Positions 30,548 through 39,627 of a stretch of 64,000 nucleotides of DNA are shown one piece after another. The stretch comes from an uncultured Pseudobdellovibrionaceae bacterium (GTDB taxonomy: Bacteria > Bdellovibrionota > Bdellovibrionia > Bdellovibrionales > UBA1609). Each line of letters opens with the position of its first letter. Within the stretch, counting starts at the first letter, position 1. The position numbers were made by a program, and so were the translations under genes. The DNA is taken from contig CAWDNU010000001.1 of the NCBI GenBank assembly GCA_963803705.1, positions 512,001 to 576,000 of the forward strand, read 5' to 3'. The notes under the pieces were generated by a model. The model had not been told where the DNA came from and did not search any database. It was given only the letters and a program-made list of their open reading frames with translations.

Positions 30548-31389
30548 AAGAGTCAAAAATGAAAGTCTTGAAATCACACAAATGTTTTGAAGGTCTGACT
30601 TCATTTTGCGAACACGACTCCAAATTCACCAAAACTAAAATGAAATTTGCAATTCATGAGCCTCCGAAGGACAAGAAGGTAGTTGGTGGGGTTATTTGGC
30701 TTTCAGGTCTTACCTGTAATGAAGAAAATTTTATAGTAAAAGCTGGATCACAAAGAATCTTGAGTGAACTCGGCTTGGTTATTATTTGCCCAGACACTTC
30801 TCCTAGAGGCTTAAATTTAAAAAACGAACATAAATCATTTGATTTCGGTTCGGGGGCTAGCCTCTATGTAGATGCCACCACTGAAGGATACAAGGATCAT
30901 TACCGAATGTACTCTTATGTGAATGAAGAGATCTACAATTTATTAGATATAAGTTATGATTTAAAACAAAATATAAGCTTGATGGGGCACTCTATGGGAG
31001 GCCATGGAGCCCTAACTATCGGTTTAAAAAATCCAAAAAAATACAAATCAATTTCAGCTTTTGCTCCACTGGTAAATCCCGTTAGAAGCCAGGGATGGGC
31101 TAAAGAAGCCTTGATAGGTTATTTAGGCAATAACCCAGAACTATGGCGATCCTATGATGCTACTGAACTAGTTTCGAATGGTAATTTACATCCAAATAAG
31201 ATTCTAATCGATCAAGGTTTAAGTGACGAATTTTACCCTGGATTGTTGACCCAAAACTTCGCTAAGGCTTGCAAAAGTTCGGGCCAAAATCTTGAATTAA
31301 ATCTAAGAAAAAATTATGATCACTCCTACTACTTTGTTTCTACTTTCATACAAAGCCACTTAAAATTTCACCATTCATATTTAAGATAA
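30544..31389 (+). CDS. fghA: S-formylglutathione hydrolase
   Basis: WLSGLTC, PDTSPRG, GHSMGGHGA, DQG and YDHSYYF motifs. Confidence 0.93.
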   Translation: MKESKMKVLKSHKCFEGLTSFCEHDSKFTKTKMKFAIHEPPKDKKVVGGVIWLSGLTCNEENFIVKAGSQRILSELGLVIICPDTSPRGLNLKNEHKSFDFGSGASLYVDATTEGYKDHYRMYSYVNEEIYNLLDISYDLKQNISLMGHSMGGHGALTIGLKNPKKYKSISAFAPLVNPVRSQGWAKEALIGYLGNNPELWRSYDATELVSNGNLHPNKILIDQGLSDEFYPGLLTQNFAKACKSSGQNLELNLRKNYDHSYYFVSTFIQSHLKFHHSYLR

Positions 31390-31482
31390 ACATAAAAAGG
31401 TTCGATCATTTTAAATCCAAAATAGTACAAAGCGTTTAAATTTTATCTGGGTGTTTCACATCCGCCACCTTATCTTTGCATC

Positions 31483-32652
31483 TTATTTCTGCCCATCATA
31501 AATGCTAGGTGCCCCGCAAACAAAAAAGCTGATATAGCCAGAAAGTAGAGCGTATAGACCAATCTCAAATCCAAAAATTTCCATGCACATAAAAGCACAG
31601 GCCATGGGTGTTTTGGAGGCTGCACCAAAAACTGAGCTAAAACCTAAAGCCGCCATTAGGGATTGAGAAACGGGCAAGAATGCAGAAAGAGCACTTCCCA
31701 AGGTTGAACCAATAAATACTAAGGGAATAAATTCCCCACCCTTAAATCCTGACCCAATTGTTAAAGACGTAAATAAAGATTTTAAAAACGGCATATCAAT
31801 TGGTGCAACTACTGTTAAAGCCTGCTGAATTTCAGAAAGACCTAAGCCTACAAATCTAAATGTTCCTTCAAGATAAAATAATGTCACGACTATAAAACCT
31901 CCAACAAGAGGCCTAACAGGAGGGTATTTGATAAATCTTTTAAAAATCCTTTCAACTTGCCTGGTGGATTTTACGAATAAGTAGGCGGCAACGCCGAAAG
32001 CACTACTGCATAAGGCTAAACTGAAGATTAAATTCGCACTAACTAACGGAATTTCGAACTTCGGATAAACAGTATGGGGAGCACCTAATACCAAAGTGAC
32101 AAGGTATCCCGTAAGCGAGGCTATCAAGCACTCGGGCCATGCAAATGAACGAGGTTTACCTTTTGTGAAAAATTCCATCCCAAAAATAAAACCGGCGATA
32201 GGGGCGCCAATTGCTGCTCCGAATCCTGCCCCTGCACCTGCGGCCAGAAGGGCTTTTCGATCCTTAGCAGGTAAGCTGAAAAAAGCACTTACCTGATCAG
32301 CTAAAGAGGCCCCCATCTGTACAGCAGTGCCTTCTCGTCCGGCAGATCCACCGAACAAATGCGTGAGTAAGGTTCCAATCAAAATAAATGGGGCCATGAT
32401 AAACGGTATTTTTTTATTTGGCTTATGAATTTCTTTTATTATCTGGTCGTTACCCTCAACTATGGTCCGTCCATATTTGTAATAAGACCAACCAATGAAA
32501 AAGCCAGCCAAAGGTAGCAAAATTATAATCTCTATGTTTTGGTCCCTGGCTTTTCCAAACAGATCTAAAAAAGTTAAAAATACAAAAGCAGATAACCCGG
32601 CAAATAGTCCAGTTATAAAACTTAAAAAGAGTCGTTTTATTCTTTGCTTGAT
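31483..32652 (-). CDS. CLC family channel, CLC-F (fluoride/H+ antiporter)-like
   Basis: GNDQI, GREGT and GGEFIP motifs. Frame is open upstream of 32520 through a TM segment to ATC 32652, which follows GGAG. Confidence 0.85.
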   Translation of the reverse strand: MKQRIKRLFLSFITGLFAGLSAFVFLTFLDLFGKARDQNIEIIILLPLAGFFIGWSYYKYGRTIVEGNDQIIKEIHKPNKKIPFIMAPFILIGTLLTHLFGGSAGREGTAVQMGASLADQVSAFFSLPAKDRKALLAAGAGAGFGAAIGAPIAGFIFGMEFFTKGKPRSFAWPECLIASLTGYLVTLVLGAPHTVYPKFEIPLVSANLIFSLALCSSAFGVAAYLFVKSTRQVERIFKRFIKYPPVRPLVGGFIVVTLFYLEGTFRFVGLGLSEIQQALTVVAPIDMPFLKSLFTSLTIGSGFKGGEFIPLVFIGSTLGSALSAFLPVSQSLMAALGFSSVFGAASKTPMACAFMCMEIFGFEIGLYALLSGYISFFVCGAPSIYDGQK

Positions 32653-32797
32653 GGGTAGGCTCCGGGTGAAAGAAGTAGTAAGTCTGTCACAAAAAATAAT
32701 ATTTTAAAACTATGGTCTACAAAATACTTAAAGCAGGTTATACTAAATAGATCGGTAAAATAAACGACTTAGCAAGAACTTAGACCTTGAGGTTAAT

Positions 32798-33523
32798 ATG
32801 GCAGTTTCAAAAACGTGGGGGATTATAGGCCTAGGTTGGTTGGGGCAGTCCTTATGCCAAAAGGTCCAAGATAATGGCAGTAATTGCTGGGGAACTAATC
32901 GCAGTGATTTTACTTTTGGTAGGGATAAATTCCCTGGTAAAGCCTGTGACATATTATTTTTAAATACACCTCCATTGAAATCTATGTCTGCTGAAGAATA
33001 TGTTGATGAAATCAAAGCAACATTTTCGACCAAAGTTATTTTTATCAGTTCAGTTTCAATCTTTGGATCGGATCAAAGAGAGTGCTCAGAGGTGACCGAC
33101 GTAAAGCCCCGTTCGGTGAATGGAAAGTGGTTAGCAACTGTTGAAAAATTAATGACTGAAAAATTTAAATCTAATTTTTTGACCATCCGACCAGGTGGCC
33201 TAATTGGCGAAAAAAGACACCCTGTGAAATTTTTCTCTTCAGATCAGAAAATTCCGGGTGGAAACAATCCTATAAATCTGATTCATCGGAATGACTTAAT
33301 CAAAATCATAATTGAAGCAAACCGGTTGGACCTTAAAGGTGTTTTGAATGCCGTTGCTCCGTACCATCCTAAAAAATCTGAATACTATACAGAGTGGGCT
33401 CGAATGCTAAACTTGCCGCCTTTAAAATTTAAAGATGAAACTACAAGTACAAAAAAAATTGAATCAATTTATCTATCCGATTTTTATAGTAATTGGGAGT
33501 GCGAAAAACTTAATACTTTATAA
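32798..33523 (+). CDS. NAD(P)-binding epimerase/SDR-like protein (YeeZ-like)
   Basis: GLGWLG, FISSVSIFG, R.GGLIG..RHP and NLIH.ND motifs. Confidence 0.8.
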   Translation: MAVSKTWGIIGLGWLGQSLCQKVQDNGSNCWGTNRSDFTFGRDKFPGKACDILFLNTPPLKSMSAEEYVDEIKATFSTKVIFISSVSIFGSDQRECSEVTDVKPRSVNGKWLATVEKLMTEKFKSNFLTIRPGGLIGEKRHPVKFFSSDQKIPGGNNPINLIHRNDLIKIIIEANRLDLKGVLNAVAPYHPKKSEYYTEWARMLNLPPLKFKDETTSTKKIESIYLSDFYSNWECEKLNTL

Positions 33524-34230
33524 ATTTAGCTTCCTGCAACTTTAAATTTATATTCTGTTAGTTTTTTAAAAAATGTAATAGTTAATTCAACTCCAAAGAC
33601 TGAATTTTTAGATTGCTATTTTAAGCCCTCAAAAATAAAAAATTAGGTATTCTATTAGCTCAGTAAAGAACTTTTGCACTTACTTTTTTTCTGACCAAGG
33701 CGGACTGAGTTCTTTCTTAAAAATCGTATAGACTTTAGTCAGTAGCAAATAATTTACATAATATCTGAAATTTCTTATGGATAGTGGAGTAATAATGTTA
33801 CGAATACCTACTTAACCGGTCTGGTCTTAATCCGAATAGGCGTCCATATTTTTTATTCATAAAAAGTTAAACGACGAAGGGCAGTTAATTACTGAATCAA
33901 AAAAAACTAGTATTTACTTAGATATAGATAATTCAGGTCCAATGGGTGAATACATGCCTAAACTTGAAAGTGCTGCTGAAAGTCTACTTGCAGGCCTCTA
34001 CAGAAAGCTCAATAAATACTACGGTAAGAAAAGCGGCAGCTTAGGCACAACACCATCACTGACGGATAACAGAGTCTTTGTGAGGGCGAATTTAATTCGA
34101 TGTTTAGGCAGATTACTAATAGTGTTTTAGACAAACTGGGATGTCAGATGCTTTACATGAGTTAAAATAAGGTTTATGAAAAACAAATATTTCAACAGTT
34201 ATAGAGCTTAAAGTCTTTAGGAAAGCTAAA

Positions 34231-35073
34231 ATGTTAGTTTCAAATCACATTCAAATAATTTTAAAATACCGGCAATTTGTTATCCCTATTTTAGCTTTAA
34301 TGTTCTTAGGAACTAGCAAAGTTTTTTCAGCAGATAGTAATGCTATGGTCGACACTTTTACCAGTCCGTTTGTAAGTGAAGTCCCTCTTTCTTTAAACCC
34401 AATAACTAAGATGCTTGTACCTGAATCCTATGCCCTTTATGCCAAGTTCCAGCAAGATTATGGGCAGTCGCACGTGGCTCTAAGAGTTTTTATGGGCTTT
34501 AACCAGCCTTTTTTCGTAGTCTTCGGGGAAAGGGTAGATATGACGACAGCAGCTTTTTTATTCAATCTAACCTTATTAGATCTAAACACTTCTAGAGAAG
34601 CATATGTACTGAAAGGTTCTGCTAATGTCGTTGATGTGGTGGCCTATGAGCTTGGTGCACCTGAGGTTGCCTTAATTTCAAAGTTGCTTCCAGGTGAACA
34701 ACTATTAAAAGAGGCCAAAGCGAAAGGTCAAAAGGTTAGATTATCAAGTGCGGTCTGGGAACTTTTGACTTCAATGAAGATTAAGTTGGTGCTTGCACGT
34801 AGTGCAAACCTAGAAGGCTTTCCGAAAGATTCAAAAGATTTTTACACGCAAAAAATAAAGGACTTTGAATTCAAATACTTTGGGTTGGTTGAATATATTT
34901 CAAAGCTTCCAGGTGTAGAAGATCATTTTGAACCGGGTGTAACAGTAACAGATGCTTTTTCATTAAAATATTTTAGCATTGTAGCAGGTAAGGTTATAGG
35001 TGCTGAAAACACCTGTTTCGGATACTTAATTTCCAACACCGAGTACTTTAAAGATCTAATAAAAACCCACTAA
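34231..35073 (+). CDS. Hypothetical secreted protein
   Basis: 280-aa ORF with signal-like segment; no motif recognised. Confidence 0.5.
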   Translation: MLVSNHIQIILKYRQFVIPILALMFLGTSKVFSADSNAMVDTFTSPFVSEVPLSLNPITKMLVPESYALYAKFQQDYGQSHVALRVFMGFNQPFFVVFGERVDMTTAAFLFNLTLLDLNTSREAYVLKGSANVVDVVAYELGAPEVALISKLLPGEQLLKEAKAKGQKVRLSSAVWELLTSMKIKLVLARSANLEGFPKDSKDFYTQKIKDFEFKYFGLVEYISKLPGVEDHFEPGVTVTDAFSLKYFSIVAGKVIGAENTCFGYLISNTEYFKDLIKTH

Positions 35074-35129
35074 TTTTAGAGGTCTGGTGGGCTGAGAAAA
35101 GCGTAGTTGCCCTGCTAATTCAGAATAAT

Positions 35130-36305
35130 TTAAAATAGCACCTGAAACTGTCCACCACCGCCTTCCCAGGACCCGTCATCTAAGTCTAGGCTCAGTAATA
35201 TATTCAAAAAAGATTTTTCTGAAATTTTAAAATTTGGCCGTAGATTGAATCGGCCATTTACGTCATGGTTACTGTCTGACGATTCTCTTAATGCAAGTGG
35301 TCCAGTGCCTTTGTGAATAGAAAATTCTAAACCCATGTCTATAGAACTTAGCACGCTATTTAAATTCTGCCGGTACCACATATGGGGCATTATATTGGTG
35401 TGTCTTACGACCTGGCTATTAAGTTCCCAAGTACGCCAATTTGATTCAACACCGGCAGTCCACTGATCTAATTGAATTTGAATCAAAGTTTTTAGTCCTT
35501 TTCTATTCCAAACCTCTTTTTGGCTTGTTCTTAAGTATTGCCCTTCTGTGCCATTAAAAGCTTCTAGTAAAATGTTGTAAGTCAATTGTGAAGTCTGAAG
35601 AACAGATCGAAGACCATATCTTAGTTCGGAAAATTGGTATATTTCGTCAATGTCTTTAAAAAGGCGTTCTAACTTGGAATTGTTAGAAATATAATACTCA
35701 AGCTGATAACCATCTTCAGACTTATAGTTTCCAATTATGCCCAAATTGAAAGTGTCTTTTAAATTTTGCGCGTCAGTTTCAATTCTTTCATTAAAAGCAA
35801 AATCAGGTAAGTTGATAAAAAATCTTAGATTGTTATTTAAACTAGGTTTAAAATTAATCGCTAAGCCTAAATCATTTTCGCTCTTTTCTGAAAAAAAGGC
35901 AGTGTTGATCACAATCTCTAAAGATTTACTAATATCGTATCCTAAGCCGAACATTAGGTGTGACCTTGAAATTTCAAAATCTTCTATTTCGAAGAAGCTT
36001 ACGTGTAAGTTCAGTCCATCAGTTATAGAATGTTTAAGCTTTAGTCTTTGATTGATCGCGAAACGTTTTGAACTGATGCTACCTACCGAAATGTCGTAAG
36101 CGTTGTCAGCATCTACAAAGTTGAAGTGATTTTGGAAACTTAGTCTGAAAGCCAATATATCCGAGTAGTACTCACTGTTGATTAAAGAGGGTGAGTTAAT
36201 GACATCCACTTCTTCGTTATCAAAGAATGACATCGATTCATTATAACCTTGTGACTTAAGACAAATAAAAAATAAAATGATAAAGATAAGACTTTTAATG
36301 TTCAA
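35130..36305 (-). CDS. Hypothetical outer-membrane beta-barrel protein
   Basis: Signal peptide, alternating beta-strand pattern, C-terminal F. Confidence 0.55.
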   Translation of the reverse strand: MNIKSLIFIILFFICLKSQGYNESMSFFDNEEVDVINSPSLINSEYYSDILAFRLSFQNHFNFVDADNAYDISVGSISSKRFAINQRLKLKHSITDGLNLHVSFFEIEDFEISRSHLMFGLGYDISKSLEIVINTAFFSEKSENDLGLAINFKPSLNNNLRFFINLPDFAFNERIETDAQNLKDTFNLGIIGNYKSEDGYQLEYYISNNSKLERLFKDIDEIYQFSELRYGLRSVLQTSQLTYNILLEAFNGTEGQYLRTSQKEVWNRKGLKTLIQIQLDQWTAGVESNWRTWELNSQVVRHTNIMPHMWYRQNLNSVLSSIDMGLEFSIHKGTGPLALRESSDSNHDVNGRFNLRPNFKISEKSFLNILLSLDLDDGSWEGGGGQFQVLF

Positions 36306-36359
36306 ATTAAGGACCTCAGATATTTGATTTGAATTTGTCTAAATAGTTGAAATTAAAAA

Positions 36360-36665
36360 CTATTTCCAGCCCTTAGTTGTTCCATCTAGTCGTTGCCGGC
36401 TACATTTGAATCTAAGGATTAATTTGGGCAACTTTTTTTCATGCTTTAAATGACCTTGGGTATTAGCCCTTCGACGCCACCGCTTAAACGCATTAGTATT
36501 CAATTGAGTGCGCATAAATTGCACCACTTGATTTGCAGATAAACCGAATTGCCTTTCAATGTTATCGAAAGAAGTTCTATCTTCCCAAGCCATTCTTACT
36601 ATGCGTTCTTTAGACTCGTAAGATAAGTGAGTCCACTGTTTTTTTGATGCTTTTGACACTCCCAT
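36360..36665 (-). CDS. TIGR03643 / DUF2805 family protein
   Basis: RIVRMAWEDRTSFDNI..QFGL....V...MR..L....FKRWR.R motif. Confidence 0.85.
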   Translation of the reverse strand: MGVSKASKKQWTHLSYESKERIVRMAWEDRTSFDNIERQFGLSANQVVQFMRTQLNTNAFKRWRRRANTQGHLKHEKKLPKLILRFKCSRQRLDGTTKGWK

Positions 36666-36749
36666 AGATGAAACTTATCATAATTAATCTTCAACGCAAT
36701 CAAAACACTTTAAACTAAGTCTTTTGGTTGGTTTAGCTAAAAGGTAATA

Positions 36750-37112
36750 ATGGAACTGCTCTGTAGCTCTTGTGGGCGCCCTATAGAAAATATAGGTAAA
36801 GTAAATAAAAATCCTGATATTAAATACTGCAGCGTCTTTTGTAGCCGGGAAAAATTAGATAAAAAAGACCAAAAGCTCGAACTCTACATTTTAGATCGCT
36901 TGTCAGAACTAGAAAGCACTAATATTTGTCCATCTCAGATTTCCAAAGAATACTTTAAAGATAGTTGGAAGACCCATCACCAGCGTGTGGTTAAAGCTGC
37001 TCGAAGGCTAGCAATTCAAGGACAACTTTCTATTTTGCAAAAGGGTAAAGACATAAAAAATTTAAATTTTAAGGGCCCAATTAGACTCAAGCATAAGAGT
37101 GTCAGAAACTAA
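36750..37112 (+). CDS. DUF3253 protein with N-terminal DUF2256-like Zn finger
   Basis: CSSCGRP...KYCS..C; ICPS.I...W......AARRL..G....QKG....FKGPIRL. Confidence 0.8.
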   Translation: MELLCSSCGRPIENIGKVNKNPDIKYCSVFCSREKLDKKDQKLELYILDRLSELESTNICPSQISKEYFKDSWKTHHQRVVKAARRLAIQGQLSILQKGKDIKNLNFKGPIRLKHKSVRN

Positions 37113-37193
37113 TATTGTATTGAGTAATCGGGATTTTGCAGATATTTTGAAGACTTCAAACAAATAAAACAGAATCTGAGCAGGACAAAACAA

Positions 37194-38540
37194 ATGCTTT
37201 TTAAAAAATTAAATTTAATCGTTTATTTTCTATCTTTTCAGGTTTTGTTTACTTTTGTGAATTTGGCTGTAACAGCCGACCAAAATTCGACAGTAATCAG
37301 TTCTAACTCTGTACCAAAAAAAGTGGCCGATGTAGATATTCAAAACAGATTACGACAAATTTTTAAAATCACAAAAAACTATCCTAACTTAGAATTAGAA
37401 GTTCAAGAGGGACTTGTGATTTTGAAAGGAGCCATCGAAAATAAAGACAGAAAAGAGTGGGCTTTGAATATAATTGAAAAAACTGAAGGTGTGGTCGCTG
37501 TCATAGACAAACTGGATGAAAAAATTGCTTCATCGGCAGTTTTAAACCCTGCCAAAGATGAAGTCTCTGAATTATACGTAAAGATGTATAAAAGTTTGCC
37601 ATACATTGCCTCATCAATCGTCTTACTAGTTGTGTTTACCGTTTTGTCCAGCGTTTCAAAGCGAATTTCTGTTTCTATATTAAGTAAAAGAGGAAAAAAT
37701 CCCCTTTTGGTAAGGGCTTTTTCTAACTCAATAGGTATCGTAATTTTGATCTTGGGACTTTACTTCGCTCTGAAAGCCAGTGGCTTAACGACCTTATCGG
37801 TGACCTTACTTGGCGGAACAGGAATGCTTGGTCTTGGTTTAGGTTTGGCTCTTAAGAGCACATTTGAAAACTATATATCAAGTATTATGATTAGCTTTAG
37901 ACAGCTTCTAAAAATAGGAGAGCTCGTTAATATTGATGGTCATGAGGGTATTGTACAATCGGTGACGTCCCGGGGCACCACGCTTATGGACTATGACGGA
38001 AATAATATCATAATTCCCAATACACAAGTTTTTAACACTGTGATTACTAATTATACCAGAAACCCTATTATGCGTGTAAATTTCAGTGTCGGGATTGGTT
38101 ACGATGACTCAATTGATTTGGCTAGAAAAACTATCTTAAGCGTCTTAGAAGAATTTAATGAGTTTGTTCTTGCTAACCCTAGCCCAAATATCACAGTTGA
38201 AAGCTTAGGTGCATCTACTGTTAATCTTAAAATTTACTTTTGGTTTAACACTGATCTGACAAGTAAACTAAAAATAAGCTCTGCAGTCGTTCAAAGAACA
38301 AAAGAAAAACTTATTGAAGAAAATGTTTCGATGCCAGATGACGCTAGAGAAGTGGTTTTTACATCTCCCTTAAAGATCGAAAACATTTCAAATAATCGGG
38401 CAGATAAATCAGACAGCAAAAATGAAGCCTCTAAGCCTCGCAATGAAAGATTGGCTCAAGACTTAACCAATGAAATTATTGACTTAAAAAAACAGGCACT
38501 TGAAAGTCCTAAAGCAGAAAATGGCGAGAACCTAATTTAA
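37194..38540 (+). CDS. Mechanosensitive channel MscS family with N-terminal BON domain
   Basis: BON-like V.EGLVILKG..EGVVAVID; GLGLALKSTFENY, IPN and VGIGYDD motifs. Confidence 0.88.
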   Translation: MLFKKLNLIVYFLSFQVLFTFVNLAVTADQNSTVISSNSVPKKVADVDIQNRLRQIFKITKNYPNLELEVQEGLVILKGAIENKDRKEWALNIIEKTEGVVAVIDKLDEKIASSAVLNPAKDEVSELYVKMYKSLPYIASSIVLLVVFTVLSSVSKRISVSILSKRGKNPLLVRAFSNSIGIVILILGLYFALKASGLTTLSVTLLGGTGMLGLGLGLALKSTFENYISSIMISFRQLLKIGELVNIDGHEGIVQSVTSRGTTLMDYDGNNIIIPNTQVFNTVITNYTRNPIMRVNFSVGIGYDDSIDLARKTILSVLEEFNEFVLANPSPNITVESLGASTVNLKIYFWFNTDLTSKLKISSAVVQRTKEKLIEENVSMPDDAREVVFTSPLKIENISNNRADKSDSKNEASKPRNERLAQDLTNEIIDLKKQALESPKAENGENLI

Positions 38541-38598
38541 CAAGTTTAGGTTTAAAAAAGTTCAAAATATATGTAGTATCTAGGCTTGGATAATAAGC

Positions 38599-38645
38599 TA
38601 AGAAATAAAATAAGAAATAAAATAAGAAATAAAATAAGAAATAAA
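38599..38645 (+). repeat. Tandem repeat (TAAGAAATAAAA) x ~3.9
   Basis: Units start at 38599, 38611, 38623 and 38635 (last one 11 bp). Confidence 0.9.
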
Positions 38646-38696
38646 CTGAACAATAAGTAAGTCTATATAAACTATTTTGAACCGAGGTTTGCGTAA

Positions 38697-39596
38697 GTGA
38701 AAATTAATATGGATTTAAATAAGATTATTCAGATGCTTTCAAAAAAATTAGAAAGCTGGATCGAAATCATTGTTAAGGGACTTCCTAACTTCGTAGTTGC
38801 AGTTGTCATCCTTTGTGTTTTTTACATCTTGTCTAAACTTGTTGTCAGGATGCTTGAAAAGGTTTTAGCCCGAGTGACTTCGCATCAAAGCGTCAGAAAC
38901 TTGTCTCTATCTGTTACTCGAATTGTTATTATGCTTATTGGTCTTTTCATTGCCCTAGAGATCTTGCATTTGGATAAGGCTGTGACGTCTTTACTAGCAG
39001 GTGCTGGGGTTATCGGCTTAGCATTGGGATTTGCATTTCAAGATATTGCCTCAAATTTTGTATCAGGAATTTTTATTGCTATAAAAAAACCCTATCGAAT
39101 CGGTGATATATTAGAAACTGGCGACTACTTGGGAAACGTAACTGCAATTAATTTAAGAACTACGACAATTACAACTTTTCAAGGTTTAGAAGTTTTTGTA
39201 CCAAATAAAATGCTATTTACAGACCCAATTACAAATTATACGAACACACCTAAAAGGCGTATTGATATCGTCGTGGGGGTTTCTTACGGCGACAATCTTC
39301 AAAGTGTTGAAGATCTTTTGAAAAAAGAACTAAATAAACTTCCTCATAGAATAGAATCAGAAGATGTCGATGTTTTCTTTACAGAATTCGGTGCCAGTTC
39401 AATAAATCTAGAGGCTAGAGTCTGGGTTAAATATCCTAACCATAGAAATTTTTTAATCACTAAAAGTGAAGCAATAAAATTAATTAAATCAGTTTTTGAC
39501 AAGAATGACATCAGCATTCCTTTCCCAATTCGAACTTTAGATTTTGGAATCAAGGGCGGAGAAAAGCTTTCTCATCACTTAAAAGGTCAATCTTAA
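38697..39596 (+). CDS. mscS: Small-conductance mechanosensitive channel
   Basis: GLALGFAFQDIASNFVSG, PYRIGD, VPN and ISIPFPIRT motifs. Confidence 0.92.
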   Translation: MKINMDLNKIIQMLSKKLESWIEIIVKGLPNFVVAVVILCVFYILSKLVVRMLEKVLARVTSHQSVRNLSLSVTRIVIMLIGLFIALEILHLDKAVTSLLAGAGVIGLALGFAFQDIASNFVSGIFIAIKKPYRIGDILETGDYLGNVTAINLRTTTITTFQGLEVFVPNKMLFTDPITNYTNTPKRRIDIVVGVSYGDNLQSVEDLLKKELNKLPHRIESEDVDVFFTEFGASSINLEARVWVKYPNHRNFLITKSEAIKLIKSVFDKNDISIPFPIRTLDFGIKGGEKLSHHLKGQS

Positions 39597-39627
39597 CGAG
39601 CATCAATAACTGGGTGGAATAAAAAAT

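Noticed and set aside
33600..34130. 62-aa ORF and upstream coding-like fragments
   Set aside because: No recognisable family; probably a decayed gene and cannot be called.
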